Below, piece by piece: positions 21,924-35,418 of a stretch of 64,000 nucleotides of DNA. The position numbers and the translations under genes are program-made. The notes under the pieces are model-generated. The model saw only the letters and a program-made list of their open reading frames with translations, had not been told where the DNA came from and did no database searches. The first letter of the stretch is position 1. Each line of letters begins with the position of its first letter. The DNA is from Enoplolaimus lenunculus (Eukaryota), in contig JASANG010003910.1 in assembly GCA_030248215.1 (NCBI GenBank), positions 124,001 through 188,000 on the forward strand, in the 5' to 3' direction.

Positions 21924-22187
21924 GAGGTTTTTTGTTCTTGTTTCGTTTTTTATTAAATTGCCGTTTTACATCATTTTTTGTTAATTTTACAACGAGTAGA
22001 ATTGTTATGATTTAAAAGACCACACACGTTTATTGTTAATATTGCAAGGAATAGAATTTTGGGTCAATTTTACTTCCTTTGAGGTCATATTTAAAAGACT
22101 ACAAAATTGTTAATCTTTCACCAGGTGAAGTGGGAAATTGAGAGTTTCATTTTCCACAACGCGGGCGCAAGATAAAGTGGACGACGC

Positions 22188-23102
22188 ATTATTTTACCCA
22201 ACTTTACAAAGAAGGTGTTAACATCAGCCTTAAATACTTCCCACATCACAGAAAACCCAGTGGAAATGTTCGTTAAATGGTAGAGCCGCGTTAAAACAAA
22301 GGTCTGCACGCCGACTACACTCAAAAGCAATGTATTCATCTTATAGTATCCTTTACCTCTCTTTAAATTAGGTAAGCGAATCTTAACTCTAAACAACCTA
22401 TGTCTGTCTTGTTCACTGCGCGAGCAGTACACAAACCGCCTGGTTGTAAAAAGCCGGCATATAAATCCGATCTATACGAGACTGACTTCCATGAATGTCT
22501 GAAAGAAAAGTAAAGAAATCGTTATTTGGATGAGCCTCCCTAAAAACGTCAGATATCACCAACAGTTCCTTCAAACAATAAAGCTCTCTCAGGCCTTTCT
22601 GCTGATCATATGACGGGCGTGATCGGTCCAAAACCGGGTCCTCAACTAAGTTAAAATTACCCAACATAATAACACATTTATAATCAAACCAAAACGAATT
22701 TTGCACTTGTTGCATCAGCTGGTTGAAAAAAACTACTCGCTGCTCGCCGTTCGTGGGAGCATACATACCAATTAAGAAAAAAGAGAGCCAATACTAAAAG
22801 CAATCGTGATCGCCCTACCCTGAATATTAAAAATGTTTTCAATTTGACCAACAGGTGCTATCCTATTTATAAGGACCGTTACCCCTGTTTTACTATTCTG
22901 CTCGCTTGCTAAGCTGTGAACTATTTTAAAATTGCGTGAGAAAATTCTATCAAAATTCTCTGCGTCCCAATTGTTTTCAAATTGTCTCTTGCAAACAAAT
23001 CTCCAAATCTTTTAACCTTTCAAAAACTATCGACACTTTTCGAAAATGCTTAATGGATCTGCAATTTAAAGTGGAAAAAGAAAAGAAATTTGACAGATGC
23101 AT
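22188..23102 (-). pseudogene. LINE ORF2 N-terminal APE-like endonuclease, frameshifted
   Basis: ATG at 23102: MHLSNFFSFSTLNCRSIK...EICLQET; MYAPTNGEQR; VIMLGNFN; FFTF...SRIDRIY; RGKGYYKMN. Confidence 0.9.
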
Positions 23103-23114
23103 ATTGACTCTCTT

Positions 23115-24053
23115 TCACATCAATCTAAGGCATTTATAACAAAAATGCACGTTCACATTGCAATGTGGCTTTTTGCCACTAATCACACCTGACTCTTCAT
23201 ACAACCGCTTAGCAGCTGTGACACGAGAGGATATATCAGACAATGTGCTTATTGTTCTCACCTTTCGTAACATAATGTGTTCTCGTACAAGAGTCTGACA
23301 GTCACCATTTAAGTTTAAACTGCCAGGACGCCAGGTAACTCTATTTTGAGCTCGATTATCAGAATATACACGGCCGCAACTCCAAGGCCCCGGCCCAGGT
23401 ACAGTCTCAACCAATAGACCCTCTGTTGACAATAGTGTGCGCCCAATCACATCGCATTGTTGCGCTCGTGCAAAACAAATTGTGTAAATTAGTTCGAAAA
23501 CAATACACAAGTAATGTATTACGTTGCACCCGACCAAACTATCTATGTAAAAATTTTATTGATTTAGGACCGTCTGTACCCCAAACCTTCTCTTCGATAT
23601 CTTTGCGACCACTGAATCTCGCCTTCCATACTGCGACAAATTTTTCAGAAGATAAGAAAGACTCGCCCCAAACAGATACTGGATTGTCAACATGGAATTC
23701 GAGAGACGATAATTGCTCGGATGTTTCGAATCAAAAAATGTTTTAACGTCTTCTCACTCAGGATGAAATGGCGGAGACATCGATCGCTTCAAATGCAAAT
23801 AGCTATACCAAGCAGAAAAATTGAGAAAAGATTTCCCGGATTTTGGCAGTTTGGTCAAATCCAGCTTTCCATTGATGACTAAAGCTAGAGGTTCTCTCAC
23901 AATAATATCATTGTTAATGCTGGCGGCTTTCACTTGTTGCCGTTGTTGTTGTGGTTGTTGTTGTATTTGTTGTTTCTGTTGTTTTGACTGTTGTTTGGGT
24001 TCTTGCTCTTGTTGTTGTTTTGCTGAGTTCGCGTCCCCCTCAGTGTTGCTCAA
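23115..24053 (-). pseudogene. Probable LINE ORF1, disrupted, with a Gln-rich N-terminus
   Basis: ORFs 23754..24053 and 23115..23537 lie on the same strand and end 13 bp before the ORF2 ATG. The assignment is positional only. Confidence 0.55.
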
Positions 24054-25094
24054 AGCAGGAATATCAATACAATCTAATTGTTCATGTCCAAATTAATAAC
24101 ATGATTTGCAATACCGACCCATACCCGAATTATAATATATCCGCGCCTAATGAGAATCGCACCATTCGAGCCGAGGAGGTATTTTATAGTCGCGTCGGAT
24201 CTGGACTAAGAAGCTTCGACCACTTGAGATCCTTGGATGGGAAAATAATTTTAACACTATTACTAAACATATTACAGCCCTGGACAGTGAAAACTTTATT
24301 TTTTTACGAGTGAGTTTTGTACTACTGAGACTTAGAAAAATGCCAGCTATTTGCAACACTAAAACCTCTTGTTGCTAAACTCACGGTTGCAGTATTGCAG
24401 AATATGATTAATTTATTGCACTCAGCACAACTTAAAGCACAATGCACGTCAAATATCAAAAGTTATATAATATGCCAATCATGAGTTTCTCTACTGAAGT
24501 AGTAATCGCAATTGAGCTTTAGTTTTCTCTCTAAAATAATGCAAAATGAAATATAACAAATGATTAGTTGTACTAATTTTTGCGATAAAATTAACAGTAT
24601 TTCCGGTATGTTTACAATCGAAACGGGCGATCCGGTTACACTGCGGTAGTAATACTATCGCGTTTGTCATCTGTGATTTTTCGCCGTTTAACGATTTATT
24701 TTACCTTCACACCAGCGAATGGAACGCCAATAATATCCGAATACCGATATGGGAATCTTGAACATTATTTTTCCGATCTGCATCGATAGCTGCAGTTTAA
24801 AAATAATCTTCAGCGCTATAAAACATAACCCTCAGCGTCCTCAATTTAGTCACACGCGGCTCTGGCCGTGATTGCACGTGCTTTGGACGCAATCGCTCGT
24901 AAACGAGTATTGCTCACGGTTACTGCAATCATAAACACATTTGCCTAGTATTAAATTTTAGTCGCTTATAAATGAAGTTAGAAACACGATTTGAAACGCG
25001 ATTGCAACAGCATTTGCAGACGAGACTGTTAGCGAGCAAAGAAATCTCAAACGCTGTACATAGCATTATCTGAAGTAGTATCATGTTCACGTAC

Positions 25095-28000
25095 TCTTTA
25101 ATACGCCGTTTCGTTTCGCGATTATGCCTTGATGTTGCAAACACGTCGTATCCGAGATCGTCAGAATATGATAAGTAAACGTTTGACACATTATCCATGT
25201 CATCTAACTTAAATCAACACCATATATTAACAAAGTTCGTTAGAAAAAACGAACAGACATAGATATTGACAATAATAAGGTTCATAGAGTGTACAGCTAG
25301 AGGTCCATTACTCTGCAGGCATGCAGTCATAATGTATTTGGTTGAATTCTGCTAGAAAACCAATACATTTTCCGAACAGATAACTGCGAGACCCTGTTGT
25401 GTGCTTGATACCGGCCTTGTGTGGATTGCATATATCTCCAGAGAACATTGAAAATCCGCAAGTAGGGCACATGTGGATGTGACTGCTAATTTGCATTGCC
25501 CAAGAACTGTTGAATAGTGCCAAATTTTATCACGGAGGTTAATATAATATTTTTACGGTTACTATGCAAACCATGCCTATTCTGCAATCAAAGAACTCAC
25601 TTTATGGTAACTATGCATCTTTTTGATATTATTATGAATAAAAATAGCAGATACAGTATTTGAGGTAAAACTGCGACTATACAGCTGTAACTGTACGCTT
25701 ACTTTATACCATTGGTCGCTTTTATCTGGTGTTAGAGGGTTGTCAGAGCATCCAGATGGATCGTCAAGAGCTGTAGCGTCTATAGCATGCTGTTTGATAT
25801 TGTTGCCTGCGTACGCAACACATTTTAATTGCCAGTCGCCAATTTCGTCGTTCCATTGACAGTTTTGTTCAATGAGGTCCTGGTAAATAATTTTTACATC
25901 TTAAGGCGTACAATACCCTAACTGAAACGTTTAAATACTATTGCGAAAACTAAAATGAGCTATTTTTCGATTCGAAATTTTTTATGCGTTTCGAGACTTA
26001 ATGCACAATTCTGAAACCGTCGAGACTCCGATAGTCAAGTTGAACTATTGTGCAGTTATTCAGAGGGACTTTTCAATGTCAGATTGTCAGTCGTCAGTTT
26101 TAATACAACGTCACTAAATAACATAACGCTGAACCAGGTCGTATACATGTGGGATGAGGAAATACATCCCCCAGGCGTTTTTAGAGACTGAAAACGGCAC
26201 TTTCAGGTTGTAAACTAACCTACAAAGATAAAACATTTTCCCACTCCTTACACTCGCTCGCAAAAAAGTAAAACGTGGTTATCTCCTCTCGAAATCAAAT
26301 CGTGGTGTGTGCCCCTGCACTGAACATTACATAACAATATAGTAAAATTGTTTGAAATACTTTTACTGCCAAGTGGGAGCATTCACGTTACAGCCGCATG
26401 TACCTGATATTGCTTTGGAATGTATTCGTCGATAATAAGTTGATGTAGAGCAAGTTCCCGACTCAGCTCACGAACGTTGTCAAGCAGTTCTTCGGTTTCA
26501 CGTTGCTGTTCATTTTGAATGTCGGTAAGCTGAAAATAGAAAAAATGAACGGTATTATGCTGACTCAAAAAAACCAATGCAGAGTCCACAATATCATTAT
26601 GTCGTCGGCCACAGAACTGTCCGGGTGCTGGAGGAAGCCAGTGTATATTTTGCAAACTCAAAATGGGTTAACTATGAAGAAAAATAAATTGGAAATTTTG
26701 ACGTTATGGCCATAATGAAGATGGTGATTTTTAATGGTATTTTTTTAAAAAGTAACTCAAATAGAATTTGTTTCTAAACACACCTTTAAGTAAAATAGCA
26801 ATAATATTATGTCAAATTCTTGACGAATGAAAAAATAAATATTGTAGTAATAAAACTAGAACACGAAACCATAATTACAATATCATAAATATACCAATTT
26901 GATTTTAACTTAAAAGAAATACCTCTGCTTTTGCCTCTTGCAACATTGTCCAAACTTTTTTCAATTTCTTAGATTTGCCAGCAGCCTCTTCTTGTAAACT
27001 CGAGTATATTTCTTCCATATCAATTCTTTCAGCCTAAATTACGATATACGCACGTCACGGTACCGTTTACACATGCAAGAGTTTTAAAATATTCAAGGTG
27101 AAGTTTCACACGTACCGTGCTTCCCATGTTACTTAACCAGTTAACCATAAGTACCTGTTTCTGCTCAAGCGCAAGACGCAACGCAGTTTCTTTTGCATGC
27201 CTTTCTTCAAGTTCAACTTTCGATTCTTCCAATAACCGCGCTTGCAGTTCAGCTTTTTCCAACAAATTTTCGCCACCAACAATAACTTTTCGTTCAAGTT
27301 GTTCTAGCTTGCGAACCAGTTCAGTGTGCTGCTCACTAAAATCATAGTGATGCTTACAATCAATCGCTTCAATCAGAGATAAAATAACCAGATGGATACT
27401 TTCCAGTTACGAATCGGTGATTGATTAAAAATTTGTTAAAGACGTTAATAATCAATGGTTGAGTTTCTGAAATCTTATTTATGTCTCCGATTTAGCTAAT
27501 GACGTAGCTTTTTAGACAAGGAAAGAAAATGTTATTTTTATGGCAGTGCGAGATAAAGGAAGATATAATTTTATTTAATATATACGAGGTACCTTGGCTG
27601 CAGTCTTAAATTAGTCCAAGGATAGGTGAAATACTTTCGCTGGCTCAACTATTTACTTCACTTAAATGCGCTTTTTGAAATTCAACCAATGTCTTCTGCA
27701 CTTTAGTGTTGCCACAACTGGCACGTCTAACTCTTATGTATTACTGAAGTAACAAATTTTAAAATTTGCTAACTTGGTTTATGTGAACTACAAAGTTAAA
27801 AAATTATCACTTACTGTGCTTTTGCAAGCAACGCTTCTCGCGCACAAAGTGCTTCAGTAATAGCTGCTCTTTCGCTATCAGCCAAATCTTCCTCAAGCCT
27901 TGCGCGTTGCGCAGCGATTTCTGCTTCAAGTTCCTTCAAACGTTGTTGATCGTCGTTGTCATCTGTAAAAACTTTTACAAAGTGTTTAGCCCTACTTTTT

Positions 28001-31000
28001 AAAGCTTAATGAAAATACAAATATCACTAAACCCGACCTTAATGCAGTATACCATTGATAAATTTTTCTTACACCAAGAGTGAATAAATCATACGTTTCT
28101 TGGGCTTCCGCGGTTCAGTATTTCCACATGAATTATAATTGTCATTCTCAATTTGTGAGCTACAACCGTCAGACTCATATTCTTCACCTGAAACAATCAA
28201 TGATTACAAATAGGTATATAACAAAGGATTTTTTAAAAAATTTGTAATTCAACATGTAGACAACAAAGCCTGTTGCTAAGATAGTTTTATTTTAGTGCTA
28301 CAACAAATCGTTCCAATGAAATAAAATAAACCGTTAATCACATGCTTATAGCTCATTTCAAGAGTGTATTTGAAAAGCGCTTCGCCGTACAAACAAGCAT
28401 GCATCGTGTATCTAGTGTACTTTGCTTTCCCAAAACATTCTAGTTATAAAAAAATGGACAGAAAGATTGATCATCTTCTGCCACAAGCTGTTTACAGTTA
28501 TTACAGAAGAATACAGTTAACCTGTTACAAGGAGCGCCATGCTTTTTTAAAAATTTAGTGCCATTCACCGCTGTACGTTAACTTTTGGTTTGTTGCGCGG
28601 CACCGTACAAGTATAACGTCACCCTAAACGTACATGTGATGACCTCTAAGATTCTTTACACTGACTTGTTTAATCCACCAACTTTGATGAATAGACGGCT
28701 TTTTAATCTTACCTTCTTCAGCGGCAAGTTGCTTGCGCAGTTCGTCAATTTCTTGCTGAAATTTGCGTAGCAACGCGTCTTTCGGATCTTCATTAATTCT
28801 AGCGCTATTTTTGATATTTTTAGCCCGATTTGCATATCGCAATGTTGAGACAGTTTCGTCGTAATTATAATCAGTTGGACCAATGTTTGCAATCTGTTTA
28901 ATGTAATGCGCACACGATTACCCATGTATAGATGAAGTGCGGACCATTTTTTGCGGGGATGCAATAAGGTAAGCTTAAGCTTTAGACTATTTTTGCTCAG
29001 GTTTACGCTTAGTTATAGGATTATCCTTACGCTGAGGCTTTTTGGTTACGAATATATGCTTATACGACTGTTACGACCCTGCTGAATTCATGGACCCGAA
29101 GATCTACAATTACGGAGAGAATTTAGTAAAAGTGCAATTTGTATTTTGAACGCGGAACACCACATTTGTTAGGAAACGTGCTTCCGTTCACAATTAATAC
29201 GATAACGATCATGATGACTAGTACTCATATTTTCAATCGCAAATAAGCTTGATAGTAATTTACACACATATTGCTGTTTGTGACTGTATAACATTTGCTC
29301 CGTGTTATTGCACAAGTGCTCAGAATATTTACTATATCACAATACCACGTTTGATTAATTAATGGACAGCGAAATTTATACCGAAACTATTAATGATAAA
29401 TATTTACATTGGTAACATGGACGTTTGCCAAGGAATCGGGCGTTAGGTTTGCACGCAAAATTTTCTCAACGTGTAAATACTTTAGTTAATTTCTCCCAAC
29501 CTACGTAATAAATTAAGTCAATTTCACCCAACCCTCCAAAAGAAACCCAAAATGCCAAGCGCTACACAATGTGACCCGTGAAACAAGATCCTGCATACGC
29601 TCTGATGAATAAAGTGCAAGTACCATAACAGTTTTCGAATTTCCGCCTAATGAATCCTGCAGCAAGCGTGTTAGCTTTGAATTACGGTAGGGAATATGCG
29701 TGGCTTTAGAATCAACCAAAGCCGAAATAACGTTTCCCAAAGTTGATAACGACAAATTGATTTTTGTAGCTTCTTTCAAAGTTTGACCCGTTGCTCCGGA
29801 TTTGCTTTGCCTCTCTGAGCCCTAAAATTATAACAGAACATCAATGATCACCACTGCCAACTTCTACTGTTACAAGAAGCTTAACATATGAGGATTGACC
29901 TGTTTGTGTTGATTTAGAATTATTTTGCAAACAACCCGTAAATGCAAAAGATGATGCAAAACCGGTGTTACAATAGCAATATTTCAAAATAGGAAAGTTT
30001 TTGCACATTCGCGGACAGATAGCGCATACAACCAAAAACAAAATGTTAATATCATTCACACTTACCGCCAGATCAACTAAATGTAGCTTTCCAACCCGCA
30101 CATGCTCTTGTCCGTCAGCGCCGCGCTCGCTGCATTCAACTGTGACGGTGAATATTGCATGTGACCGAGAACTGTGGGCGTTCATCAAAGTTGCTCCAAC
30201 AGATCCTGTAGTTTTTTACGCAATCATATCAATTAGTCACCATCACATTTCGTTCTTATAATTTAGGGCTTTCGTTTTGCAACAAGCGTTCTTACACCTG
30301 CGTAATATGTGCATAAGTGACAAGCTTAAACTCATACATAAGTATGGCACAAAACGTGGCGATACAAGAATCGGTGTTGAAAATTTAACAGCTAGACGTT
30401 TATAGACGTTTACATTGGTCTAAAGATTAAGTTGCATAGTATCAATGACACATTGTATGAATGCGTTGTGTTCTGTGTTCGTATCTGTTCTTAACTAAAA
30501 TTTAAGCCAGTTTTAATTAAAGTGTTTTATTAAAACTTGAACTTATTTTTCGCTATCATCCAAAACTACGATTGATTGTTGGTGTTAACCGGCAACGGTA
30601 TGTTTAAATAAATTATCAGTCGAATCAGCCTACTTGTATTTCTAATAGAAAAGCTACTTCTATTTCCGTGTTTCTGGCCGTTGGTTTTCAGTGGTATGCC
30701 GTAACAGCCAACTACGAAACCATCCACTTTTTGAGAATTTTACTTAACCATTTACGATCAGATTAAACTTTTAATATTTTCAGCTGTTAGCTTAACTTAC
30801 TATTTCTATTACCAACAGTCATTATGCTATCCATTTCATCAGCGCTACCAACGGTAACATTTGTAAGGTCCTTTACGTAAACACCGATATCTGATCGTTC
30901 TTTTAACTTAAATGCAAACTCATACGTTAATACATTACTATTGCAATATTTGATCTGATAATTGTCAGAAAACATGATTCAAAAGCGGACGTATTATTCA

Positions 31001-33390
31001 CCAGGCCAAATAACCGTTTCCACTCTGATGACAAACGTATAATCTACATACAAACGCATTTCGACCAAAACTGAATTAAAAAGTCGATGTATATATGATT
31101 AAACACGGAATTGAATTCAATTCATAATCTGACGTAAACCAAGGTTCAATTGGATACCAAAAATATCAAAGCCGGATATTTAAACGCATATTTGCAGAAA
31201 AGGTTAAACTTAATGACGCTGAGCTAATTCTTGATATATGTTATTGTTTTTCAATAGTCCTGGAATTAAAGTTTCTTGGGGTACATATTTTGGTTTCCTC
31301 TAAAAACGTATAGCGAAATAGTGTGATTCTGATCATGAATAATAGTATATATAATATAGACAGAGTGCGACCGGATATTAATTTACCGGATACGGATATT
31401 AAATTTTTCAGCGGAACAGGAACCGATACCGGATATTGCATATATTGAAATAATTTATTTTTCACTGTATTTTTAGCGTGCTCAAGGTTTTCGTCTGTTA
31501 TAAACTTTTTAATATCTGCTGATATACAGGAATAATACAAAAGTGCGATTAACTCCCGCTCACTTAAGTTCAAAATAACTCAAACGTATCGAAACTTGAA
31601 CTTCTTGAATTGCTTAAAAATGTAATCGCAGCCAGATATTAAAGACGCTTACTTGTAAAAAGCATTTTATGGTATTCTGCACCACAACCGTAAATATCCG
31701 GTATCCGGCAGGTTTTTACCGGATACCGGAACCGGATATGAATATCAGTTTTTGGAAGATAAAAAAAAGGAACCGGATATCCGGTCGCACCCTAAATATA
31801 GAGATATACCATACTTTTCAGCAACTAATATCCTTGCGGGAACAGATATACGGCTATATACTGCAAACATATCCTTCATATAGTGCATATAAAAATTTTA
31901 ACCTCCAATTTCAATGACTGATCTTTTGCAAGCAAATCACGAATCTCTTCGTTGTAAATTTCTAAATATGCAACGCGGACTAAAAACCTAAATAAATCAT
32001 AATAATATTACGAGCTGTTTGAAATCGACACTACCAAAAGTCCGTGGTTCAAATTAGTGTACAATAATTAGCTTTTGAAACAAACTTATTAAGTACATAA
32101 AGCTGCTTTGAACGTAAACTATGGCAACTTGAGTATTTTGCGTGCGTGCTCATGCTTCCAAACAATAATCTGGTTTTTTAAAAATATACGATTCAGATCC
32201 TAGCACAGTTTCTAAAGTATTAATGAAAAAGTAATTAAAGAATATTAAGAATGCCGCTGAACTCACAAGTTCTTAGTTTTAAATTTTTCAAAAAAATTTA
32301 AAATCATTACGTATAATTTACATCGTCATAATAGTAAAAAATATATTTATATACTTCAACTGTTCGCCCGAATGCGCTATGTGGCCAAATATGTGAGCAA
32401 ATGAATTAGGAATAATTCCTTTCAATTCTGGTATATCGCGGTTGCCTTCCATTGTGTAAGTCTTTCCAGTTCCAGTTTGACCATACGCAAATATAGTTCC
32501 TGCAAAACGAGAAAGCACAACATGTGATACGAACAAAACATTTCAACGAAACATTTGACCACTTCGCTGGCCATTTTTGAAATAACATGAATTATGAACA
32601 AAAACCTTTGATAGACGAACACGTATAATGACCACACTTGAAATAAATTGCAACTTAACATGATAAAGTTATGTTTATACTTTACCCATATAAACTATTG
32701 TGTATATTTCATTGAATTACCGATGTTTGGAATTTATTCATTCATAGCATTCCTTACCGTTGTACCCTTCCAGAACATTGTCCACAATTGGCCGAGCGGC
32801 TTGGGTGTAAACAACAAGTTGTTTTGAATCGGGTCCAAAGACAGAATCGAAAGTAAATTCCTTAGCAACATCATTTGTAGATCTTTCTGTCTGACGACTA
32901 TGAACAACAACGGACCGTGATCCCTCGACAACCTGAAAAGGAAAATGTCAGTACATCTACCGCGATATTAGGGCCAAAAACGATTTAAACATTCATCTAC
33001 TACTCATACCTACACCTTAGCCCAGATTTGTTTGTTAACCTCACCTTAACACGTCTAAAACAATGTATAGTTTTTGTTTCAAGACAACACTTAAGGTGTG
33101 GCGGCGTTAAATTGTCATAAAATAATGTTCGAGTATAGTACGGTTTTAAAATTTTACACTCGTTAACCCCAATACTCGTACAAATTTGAGGCAGACCTTC
33201 AAAATGTAAATACGTTAGAAAAACGCGCATTGAAAAATTTCAAATAATTGCAAAACAACATTAATTATCTGCATACTTCAACAACGGATAAGCATCCTTG
33301 GGCAATTTCCGTCTGGCTGATCGGCCGACATCTAACAACTACCCGAACATTATCATCTTCACAGCCAATTTGACTATCACTACGACGCAT
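25095..33390 (-). CDS. KIF3A: Kinesin-2 motor subunit, KIF3A-like. Exons (minus strand): 33390-33277, 32932-32758, 32499-32355, 31987-31903, 30906-30801, 30205-30066, 29821-29624, 28893-28713, 28187-28095, 27962-27815, 27335-27155, 27033-26923, 26529-26404, 25879-25703, 25207-25095; the terminal exon (possibly ~24923-24850) is uncertain
   Basis: GT-AG introns with compatible phases. Motor motifs [88 protein letters not shown]3A-type stalk/tail [55 protein letters not shown]. Confidence 0.93.
31361..31794. mobile_element. hAT-type MITE (family B) in a KIF3A intron
   Basis: TIR CAGAGTGCGACCGGATAT / ATATCCGGTCGCACCCTA; 8-bp TSD AATATAGA on both sides. Confidence 0.85.
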
Positions 33391-33574
33391 TTTACAAACA
33401 CATGATTTAAAACACGTGTTCGTCAGTTATGGAATGAACTTTCAGCATGACTGCGCACTTCAAATGTTTTAAATATTGCAATTGCACATATTTCCTGAAA
33501 ATTACTGACAGAACATCGTCGATAGATTTTGTCAGTGTAGGTAACTTCAAACATTTTAACTAAGCAGCTCACAT

Positions 33575-33652
33575 ACAAGGGTGGTTTGAGCTAGCGGCCT
33601 TGGGATTACGAGACAAGCGCTCTACCACTGCAGCACGAGGCCACCTCTCCAA
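33575..33652 (-). mobile_element. tRNA-derived SINE head fragment
   Basis: Similar to 55915-55992 (ctctaccactgc...cacg...cc.cctctcc); the reverse complement has an A-box-like GCAGTGGTAGAG. Confidence 0.45.
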
Positions 33653-34959
33653 AAACTTTTATAGTCCACAAAGTATGGACCAACTTTATGGTAACACTGT
33701 GACAAGTATTATTCAGGTTTCGACTCACCGAATAGGAAGGTTTTCGAGAGTTTTCAACTTAAGCGAATTAAAGGTTGAAAACAAAATGCAGGCAAATGTA
33801 AGGTGAAAATAAGATTAAAAACAGAACTTCATTCATGCAAGCAGATTCTGTCGAGTGACATAAAATTCTGAATTCGCTAGTGAATTCTCACTAGCTACGT
33901 TATTTAAATACAATTATTAAAATTTGCTATCATTTTGCAAGTTGAAAAGATTTCCATAGACCTCTGGTTTATTATATTACAGTTTAGCTTGATCACGAAT
34001 AAATTACCTTGGAACAAAGTCATTGCTTTAATTTTTTACCGCAGGCATACAGCGAAAAAGACTGGTTTTTAGACCTGAGAAGAATCATTCATTCAAATTG
34101 CGCAAACTTCTTGTTCGACCGTGCAATAAGTAATTGGACTTACTATGTGCAACTTAAAGGTGACCAACTTTAATAAGTTTTCACTTTTGTGTTTTCTTAA
34201 CTCCAGCTCCGTCTCTGACACCTTTCCTGCTCGATGTTTCACATATTTAAAAACATCGACTAGCTTCCAACAAAGATGGAAACTTCTGAAATTTAACATA
34301 ATATAATATATGGGTTGGTTTTGAATTTGCCTACAACCTCTACCAAAAATTATGATTAATATATTGGATTCAATGAAAAATATATTATTTACGCTTAGCT
34401 AGTAGGGCTAAGTCCATGTAGCTAGGGTATGTGAAATGCTTCTGATGACCAAAAATTGAAGTTTTTTACTAAACAAAAACTCTGGTTGAATCATATGAGT
34501 TTCTTGTGTGATATATAGTAAATTGGAACAGAGGCGGATCTAGAAAATTCAGATGAGGAAGGGCGGGCAAGTGTTATGAAACGCAAAAATTGCAAGGTAG
34601 GAGGGACCTTATTATTTATCACCAACAAATTCCTCACCCTTTCTGAATCAGCTAGTGATGGGAAACATTATTGGCGAGGTCGTAACGATTCCTATTTAGT
34701 AACTTTGTAACTTAAAATTTGATAATTTTATTTTATATCATCGTTAAGCAGTGCCGCGAACCTGTGAGATGGCGTCCTCGTCAGGTTCATCTTGAGTGAA
34801 AAAATATGTAAACGTTGATAATGTGATGTTTGTTGCTATGCATACTGCAGCATTGGTATATGTACAAGGTAAAATTAAATTTTACCGTAATAGTTATGTT
34901 TAACTATCTGGTTCTGATAAGGTTTAGTAAGTAAATTCGTGTTTTGAAAGATTAACATT

Positions 34960-35166
34960 ATGGAAGATGGTGCCGGCGTACACTGTAGAACTAGCGATAT
35001 AGTTGGGTTGAACAACGATGTTTATTTGTCACAACTAGAGAATTACGATACTTGTGGTGATTCGGGTGGCTACATTGCACGTGGTGACATGATGGCATTT
35101 GAAGATCAAGTTGATGCTGGTACGTATGGAGAACGAGGTGGCGATCTATGGCAACAAACGCTTCAG
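34960..35166 (+). CDS. Possible first coding exon of an unidentified gene divergent from KIF3A
   Basis: ATG-initiated, coding-like composition (MEDGAGVHCRT...DLWQQTLQ), ending at cag|GTAACA. No downstream exon or domain could be assigned. Confidence 0.33.
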
Positions 35167-35418
35167 GTAACAGTGTTTTGCGTAGTGAGCTGTGTCTTTC
35201 AAGGAAACTGAATTCTGGTCCAGGTAGAAACAGTGGTGGTTTTTCGCGAATGTCATAAAACTATGGATGTACCGATACCGAAATTTTTGCCGATGTCGAT
35301 TGCCGATACCGATGCCGTTTTTTATTTTGAAAATATATCGATGTCGATACTAATTTCAATGCTCTATGCTTAAAGAGAAGATGATAGGATGCAACATTGC
35401 ACCATGATAAATAGGGAT

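Larger units (their letters stand above)
18922..22187. mobile_element. 3.27-kb non-autonomous TIR DNA element carrying a TGF-beta-like gene
   Basis: 42-bp TIRs GAGTCGTCCACTTTATCTTGCGCCCGCGTTGAGGAAAATGAA and (reverse complement) GCGTCGTCCACTTTATCTTGCGCCCGCGTTGTGGAAAATGAA, two mismatches. Flanks TTTAT / ATTAT are a possible 5-bp TSD with one mismatch. LINE ORF2 continues on both sides. No transposase seen. Confidence 0.85.
1..24053 (-). mobile_element. Decayed L1/Tx1-clade non-LTR retrotransposon (ORF1 + ORF2: APE endonuclease, RT, CCHC), interrupted by three nested insertions; the 3' end runs off the window
   Basis: Collinear minus-strand pieces: EN (TLNCRS, ICLQET, MYAP, LGNFN, SRIDRIY) at 22188-23102; linker with KTPVYDGIPVEFY at 18277-18921; RT (NWRPVTLLNIDYKIFTK, HPDQTS, VDHKAAFD, GIRQGCPLSPLLY) at 17244-17890; post-RT GGINFPN and CSFC...HVFIYC zinc knuckle at 1-1345. 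The 5' boundary is approximate. Confidence 0.92.
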
